Both the position numbers and the translations under genes were made by a program. This document shows positions 1 to 12,918 of a DNA stretch of 64,000 nt, one piece after another. The notes below the pieces were generated by a model. It saw only the letters and a program-made list of their open reading frames with translations. It made no database searches and was not told the origin of the DNA. Source of the DNA: Octopus sinensis (lineage: Eukaryota); the NCBI RefSeq assembly GCF_006345805.1, contig NC_043001.1, forward strand, positions 109,492,001-109,556,000, in the 5' to 3' direction. Numbering within the stretch: position 1 is the stretch's first letter; each line of letters begins with the position of its first letter.

Positions 1-608
1 GGCTCGAGGCATGGTGCCACGCAGTGGGACTGAACCCGGAACCATGTTCTTGGTAAGCAAGCTACTTGCCACACATGCTACATATCTGTACACATCAGCA
101 AAGTGTTAATATTTTATATTATATTTTGTTCTTACAAAAGCATAACACTGAAACTACATTAAAATCCTCGTGCAGAAACAATCTGGGGAGAATCAAAACA
201 GAAATAATCTAAACATGAGACTGAATCGCAATGTATTTAATATAAGATACATTCTGAAAACGAGACGAATACCAAGAGTGGCCCAGGCCGGTGGGGCTTG
301 CATAATCATTAGAACGCTGAACTGATCGTCAGTATGTCTTCTGGCATTTTATGGTCAAATACCGAGTACGAAATTGACTTTCATTCTTTCGGGATTGGTA
401 CAAAAAAAAAATAAAGTAAACATTTAATATTTGGTTTCTGAAGCCAGTATACTCGACATGTCTTTAAAATTGGCGGCGTTGTGCTCAAATTAGAAAGAGT
501 TATATTTCGTTCTAAAATGAGCATACAGAACAGAATGCAGTTGCTGTAGAGTTCCAGTTCATTTTGTCTCATTTTGTCTTATTGTATATGTGTGTGTGTA
601 TATATATA

Positions 609-1020
609 GGCGCAGGAGTGGCTGTGTGGTAAGTAGCTTGCTAACCAACCACATGGTTCCGGGTTCAGTCCCACTGCGTGGCATCTTGGGCAAGTGTCTT
701 CTGCTATAGCCCCGGGCCGACCAATGCATTGTGAGTGGATTTGGTAGACGGAAACTGAAAGAAGCCTGTCGTATTTATGTATACATATATATATGTGTTG
801 TGTGTGTGTGTGTGTGTGTGTGTATGTCCCCCTAGCATCGCTTGACAACCGATGCTGGTATGTTTACGTCCCCGTCACTTAACGGTTCGGCAAAAGAGAC
901 CGATAGAATAAGAACTGGGCTTACAAAGAATAAGTCCCGGGGTCGATTTGCTCGACTAAAGGCGGTGCTCCAGCATGGCCGCAGTCAAATGACTGAAACA
1001 AGTAAAAGAGTAAAAGAGAG
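609..1020 (+). mobile_element. tRNA-headed SINE family A, full length (representative)
   Basis: Head ggagtggctgtgtggtaag...gggttcagtccc, internal (TA)/(TG) tract, tail ...gactgaaacaagtaaaagagtaaaagag. Other copies (approx.): 1-72(-), 12196-12615(+), 13814-14210(+), 23158-23585(+), 38186-38845(+), 39375-39795(-), 41785-42085(+), 52110-52420(-), 53380-53525(+), 59870-60010(-). Confidence 0.9.
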
Positions 1021-1229
1021 AATAAGAGTATATCCATATACATACATATTACTGCGACTACGCGCTGTATGTATGTGTGTGTGTGTGTGTGATACTTTAT
1101 GATATTTTAATTATTCAGTTTAAATCTTAGATGGTAAATCCTCACCATTTCAATAAACATAGAGGTAAATTACTTCACTTAACAGCACTTAAAGCAATTC
1201 AAATAATCTATGTATGTATCTATCTATCA

Positions 1230-1330
<101 letters not shown>

Positions 1331-1821
1331 ATATATATATATATATAATATATATATATATTATATATATAATATATATATATAATGAATATATGCGTCC
1401 GTTGATAGCATTTAAGAACACACACGAATAAATTATAAATTTTGAAAAATAAATGCTAAATCAAACAAACGTATTACTAAGATGAAACAAATTAAATAAA
1501 ATGATTTAAGGAACCAAAGTTCGTCGCTGAATTTCAGATATCATAAAATCGATTAATGAAGAGATCGCATTAATGAATATTGTGTTTGCGTGATAATTAA
1601 GATCCATAAAACTTTCGGAATTTATTTTTCATATCACTTGCGTAGTATTTTTATTATTTTCTAAATGCATCGAAAATTGAACTATTAATAATGGTTTCAT
1701 AATTTAACATGCACACATGAACCACATTTACGCGGTCGGATACACATTCATGTGTATGAATATATGTTTACAGGTATGTATATATATACATATATTTATT
1801 TTCCTATTTGTTTAGCTGTGT

Positions 1822-1858
<37 letters not shown>

Positions 1859-2090
1859 CATACCTACATACAAACATACTTACATTTATAAATATATATA
1901 TATATTTATATATAATATTTACACGCGCATATACACACATATATATGCACATATACTCCTGTGCGTGCGTGTTTACATACTACTACGTATATACATGCGT
2001 AAAACAATTTGTATAGTAATATATAAACATGGAGAGAGAGCAAGAGATAGTGAGACAGGTAATTGTCATAAACATTGAGATGTATAAATT

Positions 2091-2123
<33 letters not shown>

Positions 2124-2535
2124 TATATATATAATATATTATAACATACATATAAAAGGGATGACCTGTAAGTGGACAACCATTATGCTAGAAGATCCGC
2201 TATGGTCTTACCACTAAGAAAAGGAATGTTCTCAAGAAACATTTAGCAAACGCCAAAACGTAATCGAGCAAGACAAATGAAAAGATACAAAATATAGATT
2301 AGTCACAAACCATGGTTTCGTTGTTAATACTTACATAATCATTTACGTTATCATCCTCAAAATCTTCAGTGTGATCGTCTTAGCAACTATAATTTGCAGA
2401 ACTATACACTAGACGTCTTATATAAATGCCATTATTATTATTTACAGGATTGTAAAACACGGCACCTTATAAAAAAAACATTCGCCCCAAAGCATATATA
2501 TATATATATATAGTTATATATATATATATATATAT

Positions 2536-2583
<48 letters not shown>

Positions 2584-2592
2584 CATATATAT

Positions 2593-2628
<36 letters not shown>

Positions 2629-2656
2629 GTATTGTGTGTTAGAGCGAGAGAGAGAG

Positions 2657-2694
<38 letters not shown>

Positions 2695-3559
2695 TAGATA
2701 AATAGATAGATAAAACTTACTTGGGAAAGAATCCGTGGCGCTCGATCATATAATAATATGAATAATATATAAATACATGCATATGTACATACATATATGT
2801 ACATACATATACGTACATACTTACATATATTTGTGTATATACATGCATATATGGGTATAGGATATCAAAAAACGTTGAACACAATGAGAAACGAAAGCAT
2901 AAATACGAAAACATAGGAAACGAACTTTTTTCGAACAACGAGAAAAACAAACAGGGAAACGAGACATGCAACATAATGAATATTCCCCTTCATCAGCTGT
3001 CCCTGATTCATGTACCCCACGTTATGAATGTAAGGACAATACGCGACTTCGTTGAAACAGTCCTTCCCGCAAAGTATATTTTGGGATTTTTGGCGGAGGG
3101 TGAAAGTGGTAACAAGAACAGGAGAGTGAGAACAAGACAGTAAAAACAAACGGTGAAGGCTCTTGAGCCAAGACGATAGGAAAATTATTGTGAACGCTAG
3201 GAGGATGAACTATGAGAGGAAACAGGTAGAAGCACGTCATTTCTGTAGGAAAGAAATGGACAGAAAGATAGATTCCCTTTCGTCATGTGTCAGCGACGAG
3301 AGAGTCAGGGAGGAGCAGGGAGAGTGAGAGGGAACGGCGAAGAAGAGAGAAGAATTGGGAAAAGTGAGGTATATATATATATATATTTATATATATATTT
3401 GAGTAATTGAATGAATTATCTTATTAAGGATAATTCGAAAGATTACCGATACCTGGGTAGCAAATTCACATCAGAAAGAACACATTATCACCATGGGCTC
3501 CTTGAGAGCGGTCGACTAAAAGTTTTTTGTGCATTTTGATGTCGACATAAGTTCCTTGA

Positions 3560-3642
3560 TTTTCCTGATGAGAAATCTGCATAATGTACTCCTTATTCCT
3601 TGGGAATTAGGAATATGCAGCCTTCGAAACATATGTCAAGAA
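3560..3642 (+). ncRNA. Type I hammerhead ribozyme motif with intact core
   Basis: CTGATGA (3565-3571), long stem II (GAA/TTC, CTGCATA/TATGCAG, inner hairpin), GAAA (3626-3629), palindromic ACATATGT, GUC (3635-3637), stem I ttttc/aagaa. Confidence 0.75.
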
Positions 3643-3692
3643 TAAAGGATATTTGTTAACTAGTCGTTCAACTCCATTCTTTCATATACTTA

Positions 3693-3749
<57 letters not shown>

Positions 3750-4113
3750 TATATGCATATATTATTTATATTATTATATGATCGAACACCACGCATCCTT
3801 TTCCAAGTTTTATCGTAATAATTACGATACGCTCTCTTCTTCTATCTCTACTATCTCTTCTCTGTCTATCTCTCTCCCTCTCTTGTTCTTCGTCCTTTCT
3901 GTTTGTCTCTCCCACCCTTCCCTATTCTTCTCCTCGAATGGTCGACTAAAGGTGGTGCTCCAACCTAGCCACAGTCACATGACTGAAACAAGTAAAAGAG
4001 TATGTAAATATATAGAAATATATACTTATGTATGTAAATATATGTATGCATATATTTACATCTCACTCTCCTCTCTCTCTATTATATATACATTTATATA
4101 TATATATTTTTAT

Positions 4114-4147
<34 letters not shown>

Positions 4148-4694
4148 ATTATATATATATATATATATGTATATATATAAATATCTTTATAGCTCACAGG
4201 AGGATAAACACAGAGGGGAGAAACAAAGGGATTTAGTCGATTACATCGACCCCAGTGCATTTCTGGTACTTATTTAATCTATGGAAGGCAAAGTCGACCT
4301 CGGTGGAATTTGAACTCACAATGTAACGGCAGACGAAATACCCCTGAGCATTTCACCCGGCGTGGTAACGATTCTGCCAACTTGCCGCCTTATATATATA
4401 CATATTGTTTGTTCCTTCTCGAGTTATGCCTGGCTCATAAGGGCCGGTTTCCCGGTTTCCTTGGCATATAGATTCCCCACCTGGACGGAACGCCGGTCCG
4501 TCGCAGGTGAGCTGCAAGATGCAGGAGGAAAGAGTGAGAGAAAGTTGTAGCGAAACTTCTGCCATTACCTTCTGCCGGAGCCGCGTGGAGCTTAGGTGTT
4601 TCGCTCATAAACACACACATCACCCGGTCTGTAATTCGAACCTGCGATCCCTCGATCGCGAGTCCGCTGCTCTAACCACTGGCTATGTGCCTCC

Positions 4695-4730
<36 letters not shown>

Positions 4731-4737
<7 letters not shown>

Positions 4738-5006
4738 ACCAACCAGGCCATCAGATGTTACACATCGCTGGTCACAATGCTCTCGCAATGTTTTAGCCTT
4801 CGAATGACGCCACCCCGCTGGCTAAGCGAGCAGGCCAACAGAAGAAAGAGTGGGAGAAAGAGTGGTGAAAGAGTACAACAGGGATCACCACCCCCTGCCG
4901 GAGCCTCGTGGAGCTTTAGGTGTTTCGCTCAATAAACACTCACAACGCCGGTCTGGGAATCGAAACCGCGATCCTGCTGCCTAACCACTAGGCCATTGCG
5001 CCTCCA
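4731..5006 (-). mobile_element. SINE family C head with an RTE-derived 3' tail
   Basis: Head shared with family C; 4731-4790 aligns with the RTE terminus at 47341-47398. Confidence 0.8.
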
Positions 5007-5018
5007 ACACACACACAC

Positions 5019-5121
<103 letters not shown>

Positions 5122-6144
5122 TGTGCGTGTGTGAGTGTATATATGTATATACAGGATTTATTAAATCTCAGCGAAATATACAAATATATACGTTTGATTT
5201 CTTTCATTTACCAGTCCTTGACAGTTCATCAACGTGTTTGATTAATCCTCTGTATAAAGTTCACCTGTTTGGCCCGTTTTACTTCTTTTCGACTGTTTGG
5301 ATTATAAAGTAGAATGTCTGGTGTTTATAATTGCCATGCTCACAGTGACAGACATATGAGTTTACATGGAGCATTTTGGCAGTGATAGAGCACAGCTTTT
5401 CGTTTTATTTTTCACTAAAAATATTTGCAGCTTTTTATTGGTTGGGTTTTCTGGTATTTTTTTCTTACCCCTAATCTATCGGTCATCACTCCGGATTCGC
5501 TGAGATTTATTATAAGTCAAGTACAGTGCATAATATAATCAATTACTCCCTCCCCCAAATTTCCAGACTTGTATCTATGTTACAACAAAGTATTACAAAT
5601 AAAACAATGTCGTTATTATAATGGATTTCAAATTTTGTTACAAGGCCAGCGTATTTCGAGAAAGTGGATAAGTCGATTACATCGACACCAGTGCTCAACT
5701 GGTACTTGTTTTATCAAAGGAGGAAAGGCTAATTCGACCGTGGTGAAATTTGAACTCAGAACGTAAAGACGGACGAAATGCTGCTAAGCATTTTGCCCGG
5801 CGTGCTAACGTTTCTGCCAACTCACTAACTTGCCGTCATTATTAACATTGCTTCACAAGATGGTGGGTTGGGAGAAACGTTATCATACCGGGCAAAATTG
5901 TTTAGCGTCTGAGTTTCCCAGCAACAGTGTTTTGTTTCGTGGGTTTTTCTTTTCTTTTCCGTGTTATTTCGCATGCTTTCAACGAATGTGACATCGAAAT
6001 CGCGCGTAAATGGCTCCTTTCCACAGTAAAGGAAAGAGTTGGTTGCTATTCCTTGCACGCTCTGCTACCGCGTAACAGTTATTTCGGGTACTTTATCGCA
6101 AATGGCTGTTACGTGGTAGCAGGGCGTGCTAGAAGTAGCAGGCT

Positions 6145-6311
6145 TTAACAACTCAATGAATTTAATAAAAGCATCTAAATATGAAACATCATGAAAATTG
6201 TTCAAACTGAAGTCCTTCAGCGACGACACATTTTTCCTTTCTAGTCAATACAGAATTACTGATAGTATTTATGGAATTTTTATTTACTGTTGGGTGACTT
6301 CTGGCCAACCC
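6145..6311. mobile_element. Partial copy of the same MITE family
   Basis: ttaacaactcaatgaatttaataaaagcatctaaatatgaaacatcatgaaaattg...tttactgttgggtgacttctggccaaccc aligns with 59659-59821. Confidence 0.65.
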
Positions 6312-6395
6312 TTTATATATATAGGTAGGCATGTTCTCCTATTGGGTCCCTGAGCCCAGACTCCCATGACAAATGGTGGTGGCAGAGTAGGTAAT

Positions 6396-6816
6396 GGAAG
6401 GCGGCGAGCTGGCAGAAACGTTAGCACGCCGGGCGAGATGCTTAGTGGTATTTCGTCTGCCGTTACGTTCTGAGTTCAAATCCCGCCGAGGTCGACTTTG
6501 CCTTTCATCCTTTCGGGTTCGATTAAATAAGTTCCAGTTACGCACTGGGGTCGATATAATCGACTTAATCCCTTTGTCTGTCCTTGTTTGTCCCCTCTAT
6601 GCTTAGCCCCTTGTGGGCAATAAAGAAATAGGTATTTCGTCTGCTGTTACGTTCTGAGTTAAAATTCCGCTAAGGTCGACTTTACCTTTCATCCTTTCGG
6701 GTTCGATTAAATAAGTACCAGTTACGCACTGGGGTCGATATAATCGACTTGATCACTTTGTCTGTCTATGTTTGTCCTCTCTGTGTTTAGCCCCTTGTGG
6801 GTAGTAAAGAAATAGG
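6396..6816 (+). mobile_element. tRNA-headed SINE family B (Meta-domain-like core), dimeric copy (representative)
   Basis: Head aaggcggcgagctggcagaa...gagttcaaat, core gcctttcatcctttcggggtcgataaattaagtaccag, tail gccccttgtgggcaataaagaaata. Other copies (approx.): 4190-4390(-), 5540-5825(-), 11597-11780(+), 12918-13080(+), 14222-14590(+), 49121-49400(+), 49855-50060(-). Confidence 0.88.
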
Positions 6817-6997
6817 AAATGGAAGCATGATAATGTTTTCGTGATGTGAGTTATTCAATGAGACAAGATTAGCGTAATGCATCTCAATGTTTAAAGGTTT
6901 CACTTAATGAGATTTAAGTGAAGCACCAGGTTTTCCTCTTGACAAAGCTTGGGTGAATAATGAAGGTGGTATCATTTGCTGTGAAGAAGATAAGTAA

Positions 6998-7392
6998 TCT
7001 TTATATATAAAAGTGAGTTTGTGTGCTGTCTGTCTCCTACGATTTAGATTCCTAACTACTCCCACATTTTGAGGTGCAGTTTAACCAAAACCGGATATCT
7101 TATAGTCGTGATTCATATCGAGCCCTTCTGGGTATTAGCGCGCGTCTACGATGAGTCTACGATTTAATAAAAAAATTACCATCAATGTTCCCATTCTTAA
7201 TGCAATTTTGGCATATATAAGGGAAGTAACTCTCTGAAAATTTATTATAAATCTCAGAACGTAAAAAGCTACAGTAACCCCCCCCCCTTTGTGGTTAGCC
7301 ATATTGAGATGGCTATTATACTTTACATCTCTAAAAATGCTTATATAGTTATTTCCCTTACAAACCCGAGCAACGCCGGGCGATACTGCTAG
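6998..7392 (+). mobile_element. Non-autonomous Helitron
   Basis: Starts TC after an A, ends CTAG before a T, subterminal hairpin cccgagcaacgccggg; no TSD. Confidence 0.8.
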
Positions 7393-7644
7393 TTCCTTAA
7401 TATGAAGAAGCGTGCAGGAAGAGTGTGCTGTTCACGGGGCAGAGTGAGAGCTCTAGTAGCATAGGCAACGATAGTGCGAACTTAGAGGGAGAACTGGATG
7501 GGGATCTAAGAAGAGCAGTTTATTGATCAAAATTACGAGGCGGAGACGAATGTATTATAGATGTTGAGACTGGGTATCGCACCCAGCAATACGTTAAATT
7601 TCTCAATTCGATTTGCTAATCCTGTATAAAATGACTTACTTATA

Positions 7645-8141
7645 GCAGCAGCAGCAGCAGAAAAAAAACACTGCAGCAACAATGCCAGCAGCATTAAATG
7701 CGTCGTCGTCATCATCATCATCATCATCATCATCAACTGCAGCAGTGGCAGTAGAGATAGTAATAGTAGCAACAGTAGTAGTGACAGCAGCATCAGCAGC
7801 ATCAGCAGCAATAATAGTAGCAGAATTAGTAGTAGTATTAGTAGTAGTAGTAGTAGTAGTACTAGTATTAGTAGTAGTAGTAGTAGTAGCAGTAGTAGTA
7901 GTAACAACAGTAGTAGCAGCATCACCACCAGCTGCAATAGTAGTAGTAGTAGCAGTAGTAGTAGTAGTAGCAGCAGCAGCAGCAGCAGCAACAGAAATAG
8001 CGGCAGCTCAGTAACAGTAGCAGTAGCAGCCGCAGCAGCGGTAGCAGTAACAGCTGCAGCACCAGCAGCAACAGCAGCAGTAGTAGTAGTTGTGCTAGTA
8101 GTAGTAGTTGTATTAGTAGTAGTATTAGTATTAGTAGTAGT

Positions 8142-8202
<61 letters not shown>

Positions 8203-8230
8203 GTAGTAGTAGTAGTAGTAGTGTAGTAGT
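7645..8230. repeat. Compound trinucleotide microsatellite (AGC/ATC/AGT/ATT)
   Basis: Direct reading; explains ORFs 7533-8264, 7682-8014 and 7922-8236. Confidence 0.95.
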
Positions 8231-8577
8231 CCACATTTTCTTTATTAATGTATTGCTTTGTCAAAAAATGAGTTTAAGAAAATATCCTTCCTTTTGTACA
8301 AACTGGATAAAGTCAATGGTTATTATAGGTTTGTTTACCCTGCTCACTCTCTCTCTCTCTCTCTGTCTCTCTGTCTCTCTCTCTCCTTTATCATCAGTTT
8401 CTCCATTTCTTCTCTTTCAATAATTCTGTCCCTCGTCACTCCGCTTTCGAATACAGAATTCCAGATCTATTCATGAATTCACGCAGGACGATATTTGAGC
8501 TGACCAAACTAGGTCAAATATCTGTTCAGGACAAATTCTCATATCTAGGAGTGGTGCTGATCTCTCTTGTCCCCCAA

Positions 8578-8583
8578 CCCTCG

Positions 8584-8680
<97 letters not shown>

Positions 8681-8774
8681 ACGTGTGTGTCTTTCTGTCC
8701 GTCTATCTCTTTTCGTTATTTCTTTTGTCAGTCTGTTGTTGATCTCTCTAGCTCCCTTCGCTATCTCTCTATCA

Positions 8775-8817
<43 letters not shown>

Positions 8818-8890
8818 ACGTGTGTGTGTCTTTCTGTCCGTACCTCCCTTTTCCTTATTTCTTTTGTGAATCTGTTGTGTCAGTCAGCAT
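8578..8890. repeat. (TATC)n array within a two-copy tandem duplication
   Basis: The block ...atcacgtgtgtgtctttctgtccgt...ttatttcttttgt occurs twice, each after a (TATC)n run. Confidence 0.8.
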
Positions 8891-9559
8891 TTTCAATTTG
8901 TCAAATATCATCGCACCGCAACCCATGTCACTTCTGGGTAGGTTCACTCGGTTTCAGATATCTTCTGGTTTCATTACGACTGCATAACAGTGTACATTGG
9001 ACTTTAACACAGGCAACATGCTGCGCCAATTAGGTAAACAACTCTACATGTATATATTTATTTCATTTCCTATTTCATTTTATCATTTGATTATTTATAA
9101 TTTGTCATTTATTATTTGCTTAGCGGTATATCTTCCGGTTCATTAAGGTGTGAGTTCAAATAGCTCCGAGATCTTTGTCATTCTTCATTCCAGGATCGAT
9201 AATATAAGTACCAATCAAGCACTGGCGTCGGCGTAGCTGACTTATTCCTTCACCTGAAATTGTTGGCCATGTGCCGAAATTTGAAAGCAAAACCCGACGA
9301 GCTGACAGAATTTTTAGCACAACGGACAAAATGCTTATCGTCATTGTGTCCTTTACGAACTGCGTTCAAATTTCGCCAAGGGTGACTTTGCCTTTCATCC
9401 TTTCGGAGTCGATGTAATCGACTAATCTCCTCATCACAAATTTCAGTGACTTCAGTAGAAAGGATTATTATATGCTGCTACTACTACTATACTACTACTA
9501 CTACTACTACTACTACTACAATATTATTATTATATATTATTATTATTATATTATTATTA

Positions 9560-9600
<41 letters not shown>

Positions 9601-10173
9601 TATGTTTGACTTTTGCTTTATGTTTGTACAAGTTGGCTCCAAGTATCACCCAGAGACCTCAAGAGACAACAGGTTGGAAGTTCACGTTGTTGTTATGCCT
9701 AGTGTGCCATATTTGGTTTTTTTTTGTTTGGTGTTGTACTAGTGAATGTCTAATAAATAAATTTAAAAAGAAAAAGAAAAGTTTGTTTTAAACCTTGAGA
9801 TTACATAGAGAGTATTTTGCGTAGGATATTAGCAGTTCCCATGAGCACTATTTTTTTTTTTTTTTTTGTACTTGTTTCAGTCATTTGACTGCGGCCATGC
9901 TGGAGCACCGCCTTTTAGAGTGGTGAAAGAGTACAGCAGGGATCACCACCATCCCCTGCCGGAGCCTCGTGGAGCTTTTAGGTGTTTTCGCTCAATATAA
10001 CACACACAACGCCCGGTCTGGGAATCGAAACCGCGATCCTCCGACCGCAAGTCCGCTGCCCTAACCACTGGGCCATCTTTGGTTAATATAGGGCGTTACG
10101 ATTATCAGAAAATCAAAAAAAAAATGTGTGTAATAGGTGTAAAACAACTTCCTATGAACGAATATGAAAAAAA

Positions 10174-10206
<33 letters not shown>

Positions 10207-10233
10207 ATAATAATTATTATTATTATTATTATT

Positions 10234-11531
10234 GAGTGAGAGAGCAGTGCATGTCATCAAAGTGAGACTGGGGTTAAATATACGAAGCCCAGTATACACA
10301 TCATGACTACCTGTCTGATAAGGGTACACTGGGCACCTGCACAACAACTATATGTGCCCGACATGGTGATCTCATATCAAGATAAACAGCACATGACCTT
10401 GCATGTGGGGCCCAGTTAGAATTTTCTTCAGATCGAGTAACCCATCCCGCTCAAAAGGTCCCCGAATAAGCGTTGTTTAAGGATGTTGAACGTGGATTAT
10501 TATTATTATTATTATTATTATTATTGAGTGAGAGAGCAGTTCATGCCATCAAAGTGACACTGGGGTAAAATATACGAAGCCCAATATACCCATCATGACT
10601 ACCCGTCTGATAAAGGTACACCAGGCACATGCATCACAACCATATGTGCGCGACATGGTGATCTCATATCAAGATAAACAGCATATGACCTTGCAGGTGG
10701 GGCCCAGTTAGAATTTTCTTCAGGTTGAGTAGCCCATCCCGCTCAAAAGGTCCCTGAATAAGGATGTTTAAGGATGTTGAAAGAACCACCCGTGTTTCCA
10801 GAGGTGAATTATTCAAACCCCAAAGAATCCCTCTCAACACATGGCTATGATGCTCCCCCACTACTTCTGCTCGTGATCAGAGATGCACATATCGTCAGCC
10901 ACTAAGGGACATGCTCAACTGGTTAAGGTCAAACAACTGACAAGCAAATCTGTGGTATTGAGCAGAATATTTGCTGTAGCCCATCTTTTATACCAAGACA
11001 AAACAATGTACATGATAACACTTATTATTATTATTATTATTGAGTGAGAGAGCAGTTCATGCCATCAAAGTGACACTGGGGTAAAATATACGAAGCCCAA
11101 TATACCCATCATGACTACCCGTCTGATAAAGGTACACCAGGCACATGCATCACAACCATATGTGCGCGACATGGTGATTTCATATCAAGATAAACAGCAC
11201 ATGACCTTGCAGGTGGGGCCCAGTTAGAATTTTCTTCAGGTTGAGTAGCCCATCCCGCTCAAACGGTCCCTGAATAAGGGTTGTTTAAGGATGTTGAAAG
11301 AACCACCCATGTTTCCAGAGGTGAACTATTCAAAACCCAAAGAATCCCTCTCAACACATGGCTATGATGCTCCCCCACTACTTCTGCTCGTGATCAGAGA
11401 TGCACATATTGTCAGCCACTAAGGGACATGCTCAACTGGTTAAGGTCAAACAACTGACAAGCAAATCTGTGGTATTGAGCAGAATATTGGCTGTAGCCCA
11501 TCTTTTATACCAAGACAAAACAATGTACATG
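10234..11531 (-). mobile_element. Three head-to-tail 5'-truncated copies of retroposon family D separated by (ATT)n
   Basis: Units 10234-~10492, 10526-11023 and 11042-11531 share the 3' end ...ttgatggcatgcactgctctctcactc followed by (AAT)n; their 5' ends differ. Confidence 0.85.
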
Positions 11532-11565
<34 letters not shown>

Positions 11566-11778
11566 TATTATTTTATTATTATTATTATTATATTATTAAG
11601 GCAGCGAACTAGCAGAATGCTAAGCGGTTTTTCGCCCGTCGCTGCGTTGTGCGTTCAAATTCTCCGAGGTCGACTTTGCCTTTCATCCTTTCGGGGTCAA
11701 TAAATTAAGTACTTGTTCACTACTGGGGTCGATACATCCCTCCCCCAAAACGACTATCCTTCTGCAAAATTTGAAACC

Positions 11779-12128
11779 ATTAAGGCAGAGGTATTGTTTT
11801 CAGGCACCTTTGTTTGCTTATTTGTTTGCCCGTGGACAAGATACAGTATCTCAAAAACCGCTGGATGGATGCGGATGAAACTTCCAGGTATGTTTGGCTT
11901 GTGACTGGGATCGATCGGGCACCGGACATGGGTTTGGATTATTTTCCCGTTTTTTTAACTTAGTTTTTGAGAACGGTCGGGTTCATTTTTAATATTCTCG
12001 TTTGTGAGAGCTACCGGGTTTATTTCAGATATTCTCATTTTAAAAATCATCTCTGGCAAATCGTTGAGAGGACGTTGGTGTTGACGTTGGTGTTGCCTTG
12101 GCGGAAGATTGCGCTCTCTCTGACTGCT
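11779..12128 (+). mobile_element. Helentron-associated (HINE/DINE-like) non-autonomous element
   Basis: aaggcagaggtattgttttc...gtttgtttg...ctcaaaaaccgctggatggatgcggatgaaact 5' block and a ccttggcggaagattgcgctctctctgactgct 3' end typical of this class (recognised from memory). Confidence 0.55.
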
Positions 12129-12131
12129 ACG

Positions 12132-12190
<59 letters not shown>

Positions 12191-12616
12191 TAATAGGCGC
12201 AGGAGTGGCTGTGTGGTAAGTAGCTTGCTTACCAACCACATGGTTCCGGGTTCTGTCCCACTGCGTGGCATCTTGGGCAAGTGTCTTCTACTATAGCCTC
12301 GGGCCAACCAAAGCCTTGTGAGTGGATTTCGTAGACGGAAACTGAAAGAAGCCCGTCGTATATATGTATGTATATATATATATATGTGTGTGTGTATGTT
12401 TGTGTGTCTGCGTTTCTCCCCCTAGCATTGCTTGACAACCGATGCTGGTGTGTTTACGTCCTCGTCACTTAGAGGTTCGGCAAAAGAGACCGATAGAATA
12501 AGTACTAGGCTTACAAAGAATAAGTCCTGGGGTCGATTTGCTCGACTAAAGGCGGTGCTCCAGCATGGCCGCAGTCAAATGACTGAAACAAGTAAAAGCG
12601 TAAAAAGCGTAAAAAA

Positions 12617-12620
12617 TTAC

Positions 12621-12697
<77 letters not shown>

Positions 12698-12714
12698 TAT
12701 TAGTGTTATTGTTA

Positions 12715-12812
<98 letters not shown>

Positions 12813-12860
12813 TATTATTATTATTATTATATTATTATGATTATTATTATTATTATATTA

Positions 12861-12906
<46 letters not shown>

Positions 12907-12918
12907 TTATTATTATTA
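12617..12918. repeat. Long (ATT)n microsatellite (representative of many TA, CA, GA and ATT tracts)
   Basis: Direct reading; other examples are (GA)n 48756-48862 and (GAT)n 16476-16545. Confidence 0.95.

Noticed and set aside
7533-8264. 243-aa ORF rich in L, T, N and A runs
   Set aside because: Entirely trinucleotide microsatellite.
10234-11531. Repeat-spacer appearance suggestive of CRISPR or a satellite
   Set aside because: Eukaryotic DNA; the units are 260-500-bp retroposon copies with staggered 5' truncation, not short repeats with unique spacers.
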